Source: an uncultured Candidatus Saccharibacteria bacterium (GTDB lineage: Bacteria; Patescibacteriota; Minisyncoccia; UBA6257; 1-14-0-10-44-23). From it: 64,000 nucleotides of DNA. The DNA is taken from positions 219,922 through 283,921 of the forward strand of contig CAZJVT010000001.1 of assembly GCA_964549935.1 (NCBI GenBank), in the 5' to 3' direction. The notes below the pieces were generated by a model. The model was not told the origin of the DNA. It saw nothing but the letters and a program-made list of their open reading frames with translations, and ran no database searches. Position numbers and translations under genes: made by a program. Of the stretch, positions 18,894-29,389 are shown piece after piece. How positions within the stretch are numbered: position 1 is the first letter of the stretch; every line of letters begins with the position of its first letter.

Positions 18894-20561
18894 ATGATGC
18901 TTGCTGAAGAAGTTAAAAAAGTGGTGAAGGGTGAGATTTTTAATGACCCGGCGACGCTGACAAAGTTTAGCCACGACGCCAGCATTTTTGAAGTTAAGCC
19001 GGAGCTCGTGGTTGCGCCAAAAGACGCGAATGATATTAAGGCGCTCGTAAAACTGGCGACTGCCGCTCGGGAGCACAACGAAAATGTTTCTATTGCCGCT
19101 CGTGCAGCAGGCACGTGTATGTCCGGCGGGTCACTCTCGGAGTCCATCGTGCTGGACATGACTGCGCATTTTAATCAGATTTGGGACGTCGAAGTGGCCC
19201 CGGATAAAAAGTCCGGCTTTGCTGTCGTTGACCCGGGTGTATATTACCGTGATTTAGATAAGGAGACGAAGCGACGCGATCTTTTTATGCCGGCGTACCC
19301 GGCCAGCCGAGAGCTCGCTGCAGTGGGCGGCATGGTGGCTAATAACTCCGGCGGAGAAAAAACACCGGCGTACGGCAAAACAGAAAAATTTATTGAAGAG
19401 CTGCACGTGGTGCTTGCCGATGGCGAGGAGCACATCATCAAAGGGCTCACGCAGGAGGAGTTGGCTAAGAAAATTACCGAAGATACTTTCGAGGGGAAGC
19501 TCTACAAGCAGATGTATGAGCTGATTCATACCAACAAGGCGGTGATTGATGCTGCCCGACCAAATGTCACTAAGAACTCCGCCGGTTACTACTTATGGAA
19601 CGTTTGGGACGGAAAGACCTTTGATTTAAATAAAATGATTGTCGGTAGCCAGGGGACTCTTGGCATTATTACCAAGATTAAATTCCGTCTTGTGCCGGTG
19701 CGGCCGGTTTCTAAAATGCTGGTGCTGTTTTTAAAGCAGCGACATATGAAGGACCTCGGCAATCTTGTCGTGGGACTCAAGCAGTTTGGGCCGGAGACGA
19801 TTGAGTCGTATGACGACAACACGCTCAAACTCGCGATTAAGTTTTTTCCTGATTTGTTGAAGATTTTGAAGCCGAAGAATTTGATTGGAATGTTTTTCCA
19901 TCTTTTGCCAGAGTTCTGGATTTTTGCAACCGGCGGGATGCCGAAGCTGGTTGTAATGGCCGAGTTTACGGGCGACAACCACAAGGAAGTAGATGAGCGC
20001 ATCGCCACCGCCGCGGCCGGTGTGAAAAAGTTCGGTATGAAGATGCGTATCACCGGCACCGAAGAAGAGGAGCGGGAGTTTTATACGATTCGTCGCGAGA
20101 GCTTCAGTCTGCTGCGCAACAAGGTGAAGGACAAACACACTGCTCCGTTTATCGATGACTTTGCCGTCCTGCCCGAGGTGTTGCCGGAGTTTTTGCCGAA
20201 GTTAATGGCAATTTTGGCGCAGTACCCGTCTCTGGTCTTTACGATTGCCGGGCATCCCGGTGACGGCAACTTCCATATCATTCCGCTGATGCAGCTTGAG
20301 GACGCTAACCAGCGGGCGATTATTCCTAAGCTTTCGGAGGAGGTTTATAATCTGGTGTTGCAATATAAAGGAACGACGACCGCCGAACACAACGACGGCT
20401 TGATTCGCACGCCGTATCTTGAAAAAATGTACGGTCCGGAAATTGTGAAGCTATTCGAACAGACGAAGGCGATCTTTGATCCGAAGGGAATTTTTAATCC
20501 GGGAAAGAAAGTGGGTGGGTCTATGGCCTACTCGATGGCACACATCCGCAAAAGCTTTTAA
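18894..20561 (+). CDS. FAD-linked oxidase (D-lactate dehydrogenase/GlcD-like)
   Basis: AAGTCMSG, GGMVANNSGG, GSQGTLGII, GHPGDGNFH, AEHNDG, FDPKGIFNPGK. Confidence 0.88.
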   Translation: MMLAEEVKKVVKGEIFNDPATLTKFSHDASIFEVKPELVVAPKDANDIKALVKLATAAREHNENVSIAARAAGTCMSGGSLSESIVLDMTAHFNQIWDVEVAPDKKSGFAVVDPGVYYRDLDKETKRRDLFMPAYPASRELAAVGGMVANNSGGEKTPAYGKTEKFIEELHVVLADGEEHIIKGLTQEELAKKITEDTFEGKLYKQMYELIHTNKAVIDAARPNVTKNSAGYYLWNVWDGKTFDLNKMIVGSQGTLGIITKIKFRLVPVRPVSKMLVLFLKQRHMKDLGNLVVGLKQFGPETIESYDDNTLKLAIKFFPDLLKILKPKNLIGMFFHLLPEFWIFATGGMPKLVVMAEFTGDNHKEVDERIATAAAGVKKFGMKMRITGTEEEEREFYTIRRESFSLLRNKVKDKHTAPFIDDFAVLPEVLPEFLPKLMAILAQYPSLVFTIAGHPGDGNFHIIPLMQLEDANQRAIIPKLSEEVYNLVLQYKGTTTAEHNDGLIRTPYLEKMYGPEIVKLFEQTKAIFDPKGIFNPGKKVGGSMAYSMAHIRKSF

Positions 20562-20681
20562 TCGCTTACATTCGGCGAGCTGCAGTGTTGCGGGCGCCCA
20601 CCGGCACGCTCATCGTACTTACTAAAGTACGCCTCACGTGCCGGGAGCCCGCGTCGCGCATCTCATCCGAATGTAAACGAT
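20561..20681. repeat. ~120-bp imperfect hairpin element (REP/MITE-like)
   Basis: atcgcttacattcgg...gcggg..ccggcacg..cgtactt/aagtacg..cgtgccgg..cccgc...ccgaatgtaaacgat. Confidence 0.7.
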
Positions 20682-20696
20682 TAATCTTTATTCCTT

Positions 20697-20915
20697 ATGC
20701 GCATTACAATTCGTGTCAGTCCTAACGCGAAGAAGCCTGAAGTAAGCGAAATTTCTCCGGGTAATTTTAAGGTGCGAGTGAATGCTAAACCGGTGGACGG
20801 CGCAGCAAATATCCGGCTGATTGAAATTTTGGCCGAGCACTTCAATGTGCCGTTTGGCGCTATTCGCATTGTCAGTGGGGCAACCTCGAAAGAGAAGGTG
20901 ATTGAGATTGGGTAG
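20697..20915 (+). CDS. DUF167 (YggU-like) protein
   Basis: VRVNAKPVDGAAN..LIEILAEHF...SGATSKEK. Confidence 0.85.
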   Translation: MRITIRVSPNAKKPEVSEISPGNFKVRVNAKPVDGAANIRLIEILAEHFNVPFGAIRIVSGATSKEKVIEIG

Positions 20916-20971
20916 GTTCAATAAATTGCATTTTTTCTGCTTTTATGGTATTTTTTGGTAACTCTTAGATT

Positions 20972-22033
20972 ATGCTCATAGACGAAGTAAAGCTACATAT
21001 CAAAGCGGGACACGGAGGGGCCGGTAAGGTCTGCTTTGACACAGTTCCGCGCTCGCTTGGTCCAACCGGTGGCAACGGTGGTGACGGAGGCTCGGTTTAC
21101 GCCGAGGGTGTTTCTGACTTGGCCGCACTTCGACAGTACCGATTTAAGAAAGACTTTGCGGCAGAGGACGGGGGTCGCGGTGCGGAGGCCAAGCGCTCCG
21201 GTCGCGGCGGCAACGATTTTATTTTAAAGGTTCCTATTGGCACGATTATTCGCGCCAAGCTGATGAACTTTGAGGAGCTCGAAGGCGCCGAGGGCGGCGG
21301 CGGTGAGTTTAAAGGCGTTCGCGAAAAAGTTTTTGAAGTTACTAAAGTAGGGGAGAAGATTCTGATTGCCAAAGGCGGGCTCGGAGGCCGCGGCAACTTT
21401 GAATTCCGCAGTTCCAAAAATCCGTCACCGGAGTACGCACAGCCGGGACTTCCGGGTGAGGAGTTTGATACCGAATTCGAATTGCAAATCATTGCTGACA
21501 TCGGGCTCATCGGACTGCCGAACGCCGGTAAGTCCTCACTACTTAATGAACTTACAAAAGCGGGAGCAAAGGTTGCCAACTATCCGTTTACAACACTAGA
21601 GCCAAACCTGGGTGTGTATTATCCGTCTGCAGTTTTGAAGGCGAGTGATGCCGAGCAGCAAAAGGCGACGCCGCTTATCCTCGCCGACATTCCGGGACTC
21701 ATCGAAGGCGCCTCGGCTGGCAAAGGACTTGGTTTTAAATTTTTGCGCCACGTGGAGCGCACGAAAGTTTTGATTCACTGTGTCTCGGCGGAGTCAGCTG
21801 ATGTCGCCACGGATTACAAAGCCGTGCGACAGGAGCTCGGTCAGTACGACAAAGTGCTGGGCGAAAAAGAAACGTACATTCTGCTTACAAAGAGCGATCT
21901 CGTGGACGAGGCTACCTTAAAGAAACAGGCTGCCGCGCTGAAGCGTTTCAAAAAGCCGATGCTCGTCGCCTCAATTCACAATCAGGAACAGCTGGCGGAG
22001 GTCAAAAAGCTTTTGGACGGGATTGTCCGCTAG
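20972..22033 (+). CDS. obgE: GTPase ObgE
   Basis: Gly-rich Obg fold, GLPNAGKS, YPFTTLEPNLG, DIPGLIEGA. Confidence 0.95.
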   Translation: MLIDEVKLHIKAGHGGAGKVCFDTVPRSLGPTGGNGGDGGSVYAEGVSDLAALRQYRFKKDFAAEDGGRGAEAKRSGRGGNDFILKVPIGTIIRAKLMNFEELEGAEGGGGEFKGVREKVFEVTKVGEKILIAKGGLGGRGNFEFRSSKNPSPEYAQPGLPGEEFDTEFELQIIADIGLIGLPNAGKSSLLNELTKAGAKVANYPFTTLEPNLGVYYPSAVLKASDAEQQKATPLILADIPGLIEGASAGKGLGFKFLRHVERTKVLIHCVSAESADVATDYKAVRQELGQYDKVLGEKETYILLTKSDLVDEATLKKQAAALKRFKKPMLVASIHNQEQLAEVKKLLDGIVR

Positions 22034-22251
22034 GGGCTTTTTAGGTTAGAATTGATGAAAGAGGGTACTTGACAAAATGTCATAAAGTGTGCTATAATAT
22101 ATTAACAGGCGGGATAGGGTTTGGTGCTGCAAAACAGCTTCAAACTCTGCCTCGCACGGTGCTTGGTAGACCTTGGGTCCCGGGGAGTGGACGGTTGGCG
22201 AAAGCTGACACCCGCGCTGGCGTATGCCAGAAACGGAAAGGAAGAGTGGAG

Positions 22252-22458
22252 ATGTTGAAGAATCTCACAAGGGAAGAGGTCATCAAGACTCTCTTCGACG
22301 GCGACGAGTGCGAGCTCGATCGCCGGATCGCAGAGGTCGCCTGGCAAGAGCCGGCGGCAATCAGTCTCGGCGTGAAGGGTAGGCCTGGTCTGCTCACGCA
22401 GATCGATGAGAGCAACTTCACTCTCGAGATCGCCGGCGCACTTGCCGGCTGGCGGTAG
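22252..22458 (+). CDS. Small orphan protein (cassette-like) with long 5' leader
   Basis: TTGACA-N18-TATAAT at 22069-22098, GGAAAGGAAG RBS, GC-rich codons, TAG stop, hairpin 22476-22508. Confidence 0.6.
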   Translation: MLKNLTREEVIKTLFDGDECELDRRIAEVAWQEPAAISLGVKGRPGLLTQIDESNFTLEIAGALAGWR

Positions 22459-22681
22459 TCTCCGCCTCAATCATCGCGGCGCAGTTGGGTCTTCACCCTC
22501 TGCGCCGCTTCGCTTTCGCCCTCGCTGTGTCCTTGAAGCCCCGCGTCAGGGGCTTTTATAATTAAGCAGTAAGGAGCCACCCGGCGATTGCGCCTGCCTG
22601 CCGGCAGACAGGTATTCGCAAGCGGCAAGGGTGTTTCAATAGTACTATTCCCTTATTTTTTTATTCTGGTATTCTTTTTCT

Positions 22682-23200
22682 ATGCAAAAATATATTATCT
22701 TTATCGTAGTTGCAGCTATTATCATTATCGGGGCGATGATGCTTAAGTCGGACAACAAGCCGGCGGCCGTCGTCACTGAAACGCAGACTGCCTCGTCCAC
22801 CGAGCAGACCGCGCAGGAGCCGGTAGTTTCCGGAACTGAAGTAACCAATCCAAAACCAATCACTATGAAAGACGGACTTATCATCGAAGACACCAAGATC
22901 GGTAACGGCGAAGAGGCCAAGGCCGGTATGCTCGCCAGTGTTCACTATGTCGGCACGCTTACTAACGGAACGAAGTTCGACAGCTCGCGCGATCGCGGTG
23001 AGCCGTTCCAGTTCCCGCTCGGACAGGGCTACGTCATTAAGGGTTGGGACGAAGGTGTCGTCGGTATGAAGGTCGGCGGTATCCGCAAGCTCACGATTCC
23101 GTCGGAGCTCGGTTACGGTACCAAAGGTGCCGGTAGCTCGATTCCTCCGAATGCCACGCTGAAGTTTGAAGTTGAGTTGCTTGGTCTTCGCTCGAACTAG
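22682..23200 (+). CDS. FKBP-type peptidyl-prolyl isomerase, membrane anchored
   Basis: [35 protein letters not shown]. Confidence 0.93.
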   Translation: MQKYIIFIVVAAIIIIGAMMLKSDNKPAAVVTETQTASSTEQTAQEPVVSGTEVTNPKPITMKDGLIIEDTKIGNGEEAKAGMLASVHYVGTLTNGTKFDSSRDRGEPFQFPLGQGYVIKGWDEGVVGMKVGGIRKLTIPSELGYGTKGAGSSIPPNATLKFEVELLGLRSN

Positions 23201-23355
23201 TCACTACTACAAATCCCCCGGAGTTCCCGGGGGATTTGCTTATTTTAAGAAAATTTGGTATTCTTATCTCACTGAAATTTGGCCGCTGGCCATTTTTGAT
23301 TTCCCAAAGGGAAGTCCTGCCGCATTCAGTAGAATGCGGCGATTATATAACTACT

Positions 23356-25146
23356 ATGGTAAGTCCTAAAATCCGCAACATCGCAATCATCGCGCACGTC
23401 GACCACGGCAAGACGACTCTCGTTGATGCACTTTTGAAGCAGTCTGATAACTTCACCATGAAGGTGAACGGCAGCGGGGAATTAATCATGGACAACAACG
23501 AGCTCGAGCGTGAGCGCGGTATTACGATTTTGGCTAAGAACGCTGCTATTACTTACAAGGGCATCAAAATCAACATCGTCGACACGCCGGGACACGCTGA
23601 CTTCGGCGGCGAGGTGGAGCGTATCATGAGCATGGTAGACGGAGTTCTTTTGCTCGTGGATGCCCAGGAGGGTCCGATGCCGCAGACCAAGTTCGTTTTG
23701 AAAAAAGCTATCGAAGCCGGGCACAAGGCTATCGTGGTTGTCAACAAAATCGACAAACCGGCGGCGCGTCCGGAGTGGGCGCTTGATGAAACCTTCAGCT
23801 TGTTTATCGACCTCGGCGCCTCTGATGAGCAGGCACACTTTCCGGTCGTCTACGCTTCCGGTATCGCCGGTAAGGCCGGACTTAAGCCGGACATCACGAC
23901 GATGAAGGATATTACGCCGCTTTTTGATAAGATCATCGAATACATTCCGGCTCCGGTTGTCGACGAGACTGTGCCGCTTCAGCTGCTGACGATTAACTTG
24001 GCTTACGATACTTACAAAGGAAAGATGGCTATCGGCCGTTTGCATTCCGGCACCTTGAAGCCGAACCAGCAGGTGATGCACATCGATCGCGCCGGTAAGA
24101 TGAAGAAGGCACAGCTGACTAACGTTTTGATTTTCGACGGCATGAACCGCAAGGAGGCGACCGAGGTCGTCGCCGGTGACATCTGCGCGATTGCCGGTAT
24201 TCCGGATATCACTATCGGCGAAACGATCGCTGACATCAACGACCCGCGTCCGCTCACGCCGATTAAGATTGACGAGCCGACCATCAAGGCGATTTTTATG
24301 GTCAACAAGAGTCCGTTCGTCGGTAAGGAAGGGCAGTACATCACGAGCCGTAACATCAAAGAGCGCTTGGAGCGTGAGACCGAGACCGACGTTGCTTTGA
24401 AAATGGAGGAGACGGAGGACTCGGACCGTTGGATTATGTCCGGTCGTGGTGAGTTGCACCTCGCAATTTTGATTGAAAAAATGCGCCGCGAGGGTTTTGA
24501 GCTGGCCGTCGGAAAGCCGCAGGTCATTTACAAAGAAATTGACAAGGTGAAGATGGAGCCATTTGAGCTCGTGAGCATCGAGGTTCCGAATGAGTCAACC
24601 GGCGTTGTTATTCAGGACTTTGGTCAGCGCCTTGGCGAGATGCGCCACATGACCCAGGACGGTCCTATTACCAAGCTTGAGTTCTCGATTCCAACGCGCG
24701 GACTTATCGGTTACCGCAGTGACTTTATGACCCGTACCAAAGGGCTCGGTATCATGAACACGATTTTCGATTCGTATAAGCCGATGAAAGGCGATATTAC
24801 TAAGTTGCCGCACGGCTCGCTCATTGCGACCGAAGCCGGTGAGTCTACCAACTACGGTTTGCTTTTGGCGCAGGACCGCGGCGTGCTCTTTATCGGCCCG
24901 GGCGTGAAGATTTACGAAGGAATGGTTGTCGGTAAGAACGCTAAAGATATGGATCTGCGCGTGCACGTCGGCCGCGAGAAGCAGTTGACCAACTTCCGCG
25001 CCAAGAACGAAGGTATCGGCGCCTTCCTCGAGGCTCCGACACTGATGACGCTCGAAGACTCGTTGGAGTATATCTCTGACGACGAGATCGTCGAGGTCAC
25101 CCCGAAATCGATTCGTATCCGCAAAATGGACTTAAAGGCAAAGTAA
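23356..25146 (+). CDS. typA: Translational GTPase TypA/BipA
   Basis: [45 protein letters not shown]; start reassigned to ATG 23356. Confidence 0.95.
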   Translation: MVSPKIRNIAIIAHVDHGKTTLVDALLKQSDNFTMKVNGSGELIMDNNELERERGITILAKNAAITYKGIKINIVDTPGHADFGGEVERIMSMVDGVLLLVDAQEGPMPQTKFVLKKAIEAGHKAIVVVNKIDKPAARPEWALDETFSLFIDLGASDEQAHFPVVYASGIAGKAGLKPDITTMKDITPLFDKIIEYIPAPVVDETVPLQLLTINLAYDTYKGKMAIGRLHSGTLKPNQQVMHIDRAGKMKKAQLTNVLIFDGMNRKEATEVVAGDICAIAGIPDITIGETIADINDPRPLTPIKIDEPTIKAIFMVNKSPFVGKEGQYITSRNIKERLERETETDVALKMEETEDSDRWIMSGRGELHLAILIEKMRREGFELAVGKPQVIYKEIDKVKMEPFELVSIEVPNESTGVVIQDFGQRLGEMRHMTQDGPITKLEFSIPTRGLIGYRSDFMTRTKGLGIMNTIFDSYKPMKGDITKLPHGSLIATEAGESTNYGLLLAQDRGVLFIGPGVKIYEGMVVGKNAKDMDLRVHVGREKQLTNFRAKNEGIGAFLEAPTLMTLEDSLEYISDDEIVEVTPKSIRIRKMDLKAK

Positions 25147-25217
25147 AATACAAAACCGGGCTTCTGCCCGGTTTTGTTATAGAGATGAACGAGACCTCGA
25201 CGCAGGGCGCCGGGGTC

Positions 25218-25463
25218 TCATTCGCTGCAGAAGTAGAGGTGGCGGTGTCGGTAGCCGATCCAGACTCCGGTTGTTTTAGCGAGCAGGGTCTCGCATGCAG
25301 CAACGAGAGCGAACCGGTCGGCGATCAACGTGCCGGGAGCGGAGAGGTCATCGACGTTCCCGGGGATGACGATGACCGGCATGCCTTTCCCGAGCGTGAA
25401 CCACCAAGCCTCCTCTGGCGTGCGCACCATGCGCACGCTGTCTGGGTCGATGTGCGTGCACAT
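25218..25463 (-). CDS. Small orphan protein (cassette-like), 81 aa
   Basis: GAAAGGAG RBS before ATG (MCTHIDPD...), TATACT upstream, GC hairpin 25190-25219 downstream. Confidence 0.6.
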   Translation of the reverse strand: MCTHIDPDSVRMVRTPEEAWWFTLGKGMPVIVIPGNVDDLSAPGTLIADRFALVAACETLLAKTTGVWIGYRHRHLYFCSE

Positions 25464-25544
25464 GGTGCTGTGACTCCTTTCGTTCTTAGTATACACCTTG
25501 GCAGAGCCTTGCCCGTAGAGGCCCAAAACGTTATGATAAGGGCA

Positions 25545-26633
25545 ATGACAACGCGTACAATCCAGCTTTCGTTCTTTTTCATTATATTTGGAATTACGGC
25601 AGTATTAGGCTTTTTCATTTTTAAGCCCTACATCAATACGTTGGTGCTTGCTGCGACATTCGCTATTATCTTTTATCCCTTATATCAGCGACTTGATCGA
25701 GGTTTTCACCGAAAGTATCCGAGCATCGCCTCTGCATGTACCATACTAATTGCCAGTTTGATTATTTTTGTACCCGCCGCGCTGCTCGGTGCTCGAGTGT
25801 ATCAGGAAGCGGCGGCGGTGTATGAGCGGCTGAGTGACGGAGCGGCAAACGAGGAGGCCCCGCTACCGCCTGCCGCTGCAAATGCAGGACCATTTGTGTT
25901 ACAGATTCGTGAAAAGCTTGATAGCGGCATTACCACGATTTTCAGTAACCTCGATAAGTCAATCCACCAGTCCTTTGGCTGGGTACTTACCAACGCCGGA
26001 GATTTTTCTCGGCAGTTGGGTGAAATTGGGATTCGTTTCTTTATCTGGTTTCTGGCATTTTATTATTTCTTGCGCGACGGACATCATATTCGCAAACTTT
26101 TTGTATTACTGAGTCCGCTTTCCGACAAGTACGATAATGAAATCGTTGTGCGCATCACTTCGTCAGTTAAAAGCGTCATCGGCGGATCGCTGATCGTTGC
26201 AATCATTCAGGGCATTGCCGCGGGAGTGGGTATGTGGATATTCGGAGTGCCTTCACCCGCGATTTGGGGAGCGGTTGCAATCTTAGCGGCTCTTGTCCCA
26301 AGTATTGGTACGGCGCTCGTTATGTTGCCTGCAGTGGGGTATCTATTTCTTCTTGGTAAAACTGGGTCAATGGTTGGACTACTTGTCTGGGGCGTGCTCG
26401 TTGTCGGCTTAATCGACAATTTCCTTCGCCCGAAGTTGATTGAGCGTAGCACAAAAATTCATCCGCTTATGGTCCTGCTTTCTGTGCTTGGAGGAATCGT
26501 CTTGCTCGGTCCGGTAGGTTTTCTTATCGGCCCAATCGTGATGAGTCTGCTACTGGAATTTTTAGCGATTTATAACGAGATGATCCTGCACCATAAAGCA
26601 GAGACAATCGCAGAACAGAACCAGGGCGTGTAG
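25545..26633 (+). CDS. AI-2E (PerM) family transporter
   Basis: YYFLRDG, IDNFLRPKLI, IHPL, GPVGFLIGP; TTGCCC-N17-TATGAT 7 nt before ATG 25545. Confidence 0.9.
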   Translation: MTTRTIQLSFFFIIFGITAVLGFFIFKPYINTLVLAATFAIIFYPLYQRLDRGFHRKYPSIASACTILIASLIIFVPAALLGARVYQEAAAVYERLSDGAANEEAPLPPAAANAGPFVLQIREKLDSGITTIFSNLDKSIHQSFGWVLTNAGDFSRQLGEIGIRFFIWFLAFYYFLRDGHHIRKLFVLLSPLSDKYDNEIVVRITSSVKSVIGGSLIVAIIQGIAAGVGMWIFGVPSPAIWGAVAILAALVPSIGTALVMLPAVGYLFLLGKTGSMVGLLVWGVLVVGLIDNFLRPKLIERSTKIHPLMVLLSVLGGIVLLGPVGFLIGPIVMSLLLEFLAIYNEMILHHKAETIAEQNQGV

Positions 26634-26653
26634 TCGTTGGTTAGCTAAAAAAT

Positions 26654-27274
26654 ATGAGAAATGTATCTACAGCCTCTCTCCAAGCCATCATTGCTCAGCT
26701 CAAGGAGGGCTCTATCGGGATTTTACCGACGGATACGCTCTACGGTATTGTCGCACCCGCGCTTAATCAAAAAGCGGTTGAACGCGTGTATGCCGTCAAA
26801 GGCCGGCGGCCCGATAAGCCCTGCATTATTTTGATTTCCGAGATTTCTGATCTTGGACAGTTTGGTATTAATCCAGATATGCAAACTGCAGATATTCTAA
26901 CCTCACTTTGGCCGGGTCCGATTTCAATCGTTTTGCCTTGCCAGGCCGAAGCCTTGGCGAAGGATGGCCTTGCGGATAACCTGGAATACCTGCATCGCGG
27001 CACAAAAACTTTGGCATTTCGTTTGCCTCAGAATGATGAGTTGCGCGACTTCTTACGAGAGACCGGTCCACTGATTGCGCCAAGCGCGAATCTGGAGGGC
27101 AAGGAGCCGGCGCACACAATCGCCGACGCCGAGTCATACTTCAATGGGAGGGTGGATTTTTATGCTGACGGTGGGACGCTTGAGGGAGCGGCTTCAACGG
27201 TTATTGCGCTCGAAAACGGTAAAGTCAAAATTCTGCGACAGGGGCCAATCATTATTCCACATTCACTTTTATGA
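26654..27274 (+). CDS. tsaC: L-threonylcarbamoyladenylate synthase (Sua5/YrdC)
   Basis: PTDTLYG, KGRRPDKP, WPGP, APSANLEG. Confidence 0.9.
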   Translation: MRNVSTASLQAIIAQLKEGSIGILPTDTLYGIVAPALNQKAVERVYAVKGRRPDKPCIILISEISDLGQFGINPDMQTADILTSLWPGPISIVLPCQAEALAKDGLADNLEYLHRGTKTLAFRLPQNDELRDFLRETGPLIAPSANLEGKEPAHTIADAESYFNGRVDFYADGGTLEGAASTVIALENGKVKILRQGPIIIPHSLL

Positions 27275-27378
27275 AAACTAAAGTTGCAATCTTCGATATC
27301 GACCTGCCGTCGCTAAAGCTTTGGCAAGGCGAGACTCTGACTAACTTTATTTTAGCAATCTATGCCTACTCAAGTTAA
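27271..27378 (+). pseudogene. Remnant of a HAD hydrolase N-terminus interrupted by a palindromic repeat
   Basis: ATG AAA ACT AAA GTT GCA ATC TTC GAT ATC GAC (MKTKVAIFDID), then the cctgccgtcgctaaagctttggcaagg element. Confidence 0.5.
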
Positions 27379-28072
27379 GAAATCAGTCGCAGTGTTTGAT
27401 ATAGACGGGACTATTTTTCGTAACTCGTTGTTCATCGAGCTTCATTGGAAGATGGTTAAAGAAGGTATTATCCCGCGCTCGGCTATCGCGCGGCTTGATA
27501 AGCTGTATTGGAACTGGGTGACGCGCAAAGGAGAGTACGACGACTATCTTGATGAAGTTATTGCGAGTTTTAATCGTTTCATCGAGGGCGTACCGGTTGC
27601 CACGATGCACCGACTGGCTGGCGAGGTAGTAGCGACTCAAAGCAATATCGTATATCGTTACACGCGTGATTTGATTGAGAAGCTGCGCAAGACACATATT
27701 CTCGTCGCGGTATCCGGTTCACAAGACGCTATTGTTGCGGAATTCGCACGTGCCTGGAATTTTGATTACTGCATGGGTACGCAGCACGAAGTAAAAGACC
27801 GAAAGTTTACCGGCAAGGTTATCTGGATCGCCTCGCGCGACAAAAAGGCCTCACTCGAAAAATTGCAAACGGAGCACGGGTTTACAATCGGTAAGGGTTC
27901 GGTTGGTGTTGGTGATACAGAAAGCGATCTTCCGATTTTCGAGCTAGTGGAGCGGGCGATTTGTTTCAATCCGACAAACGGGTTGTATAAGCAGGCGAAG
28001 AAGCGCGGCTGGGAGGTGGTGCTTGAACGGAAGGATTTAATTTTGAGCGTAAAAAACGGTAAGGTTATCTAA
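27362..28072 (+). CDS. HAD-IB (SerB-like) phosphatase
   Basis: VAVFDIDGTIF, VSGS, GVGDTESD, FNP. Confidence 0.85.
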   Translation: MPTQVKKSVAVFDIDGTIFRNSLFIELHWKMVKEGIIPRSAIARLDKLYWNWVTRKGEYDDYLDEVIASFNRFIEGVPVATMHRLAGEVVATQSNIVYRYTRDLIEKLRKTHILVAVSGSQDAIVAEFARAWNFDYCMGTQHEVKDRKFTGKVIWIASRDKKASLEKLQTEHGFTIGKGSVGVGDTESDLPIFELVERAICFNPTNGLYKQAKKRGWEVVLERKDLILSVKNGKVI

Positions 28073-28073
28073 T

Positions 28074-29027
28074 ATGGCGAGTTCTGAATTTGATGTTGTA
28101 ATTGTCGGGGCTGGTCCGGCTGCGTGGTCATCCGCTACTTTTTTGGCGCGGGCGAATATTAAAACGCTGGTTATTGGTGATCCGGCGCAAAGCGGGCTTG
28201 CCGATGCCGCCGAGGTTTGGAATTATGTTGGATTTCCAAAGGGGATCTCCGGACGAGAACTTTTAGAGGCGATGCAGGAGCAGGCGACGAGCCAGGGTGC
28301 TACGTTTATTCTCGGCGAGGTGACACACGCTGAAAAAATAAACGACTCACAAGAAACAAAAAACAAATTTTTGATACGAACGGCGAAGCGAGAAGAATTT
28401 TTCGCGAAGCAGCTGCTACTCGCGCACGGAGCTAATTTTATTAAGGTTAATTTACCGGGCGAAAAGGAGCTGGTCGGTAAGGGGATTCATTACTGCGCGC
28501 TGTGTGACGGGCCGCTCTATAAAGGAAAGAGCGTTATAGTAGTAGGTAACAGTAATTTGGCCGTCGAGGAGGCGCTTGAATTAACCGCGATGGGCGCCAA
28601 AGTAGAAAAGATTATTACCCACGCGATTACGGCCAACATTTCTAAGGAGTTCACTGAGGCGCTCACCAAGGCGCAGGTAGCACTTTACCAAACTAAAGTG
28701 CTATCGTTTGCGCAGCAAAACGGACAACTCGCCGTCGAGTGCAAGGCGCAGGATGGAGGCGCCGTTACGCACACGGCTGATGCGGTCTTTATCGCTCTAG
28801 GCGTGGCCTCCTCCCCGACGTTTGCTCAAAAGCTTGGGCTGGAGATGCACGGCAACTTTTTGAAGGCGGACGAGAATGGCAAAACGAATGTGCCCGGCGT
28901 TTGGGTTGCCGGTCTGGCGCGCGGCGGCGTGAATCAGGTGGGCAAGTCAGTTGGCGAGGGAGCTTCGACCGCAGTTGCTATAATTAAGTTAGTCACCGGG
29001 CTGCCGCAGTACTTAGATCACACCTAA
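28074..29027 (+). CDS. trxB: Thioredoxin reductase-like FAD oxidoreductase
   Basis: IVGAGPA, GKGIHYCALCDG, TNVPGVWVAG. Confidence 0.8.
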   Translation: MASSEFDVVIVGAGPAAWSSATFLARANIKTLVIGDPAQSGLADAAEVWNYVGFPKGISGRELLEAMQEQATSQGATFILGEVTHAEKINDSQETKNKFLIRTAKREEFFAKQLLLAHGANFIKVNLPGEKELVGKGIHYCALCDGPLYKGKSVIVVGNSNLAVEEALELTAMGAKVEKIITHAITANISKEFTEALTKAQVALYQTKVLSFAQQNGQLAVECKAQDGGAVTHTADAVFIALGVASSPTFAQKLGLEMHGNFLKADENGKTNVPGVWVAGLARGGVNQVGKSVGEGASTAVAIIKLVTGLPQYLDHT

Positions 29028-29031
29028 AGCA

Positions 29032-29385
29032 ATGGACACCACCAAGGAGCAGGCAGTAAATAATTTCGGTTTTTGGTTTTGGATACACCTTTCTTTCATC
29101 TGTATAGCTTATTTGGCTTGGGTACTTTTCGATTGGCGCATTGTTATTATTGGGACAGCGCTTGTCTTTTTGCAGTGGCTTGTGTTTAAGCGCTGCATTA
29201 TCAGTTCCCGGGAAATTAACGCGCAAAACTGGGAAGATAATTGGTTCTATCACTATTCTCAAAAACTCGGCCTGCGGGCTGACAAACGGCATCTGCATAT
29301 TTTTTCTACATACGTCAGCCCCGGCGCGATAGTATTTGCGGCTATTATTTGGCAAGTAGTATTGCATCACTCCAGTTATTTTTAA
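29032..29385 (+). CDS. Small membrane protein
   Basis: Three hydrophobic segments; operon position. Confidence 0.65.
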   Translation: MDTTKEQAVNNFGFWFWIHLSFICIAYLAWVLFDWRIVIIGTALVFLQWLVFKRCIISSREINAQNWEDNWFYHYSQKLGLRADKRHLHIFSTYVSPGAIVFAAIIWQVVLHHSSYF

Positions 29386-29389
29386 ATGT

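Noticed and set aside
21259-21330. Palindromic-repeat origin of the ObgE inserts (EELEGAEGGGGEF; PSAVLKASDAEQQ)
   Set aside because: The peptides look inserted, but I could not see a clear hairpin or a match to the repeat families.
25185-25544. 120-aa N-terminal extension of the AI-2E transporter in the ORF track
   Set aside because: It is the antisense of a GC-rich minus-strand gene with its own RBS. A promoter sits directly before ATG 25545.
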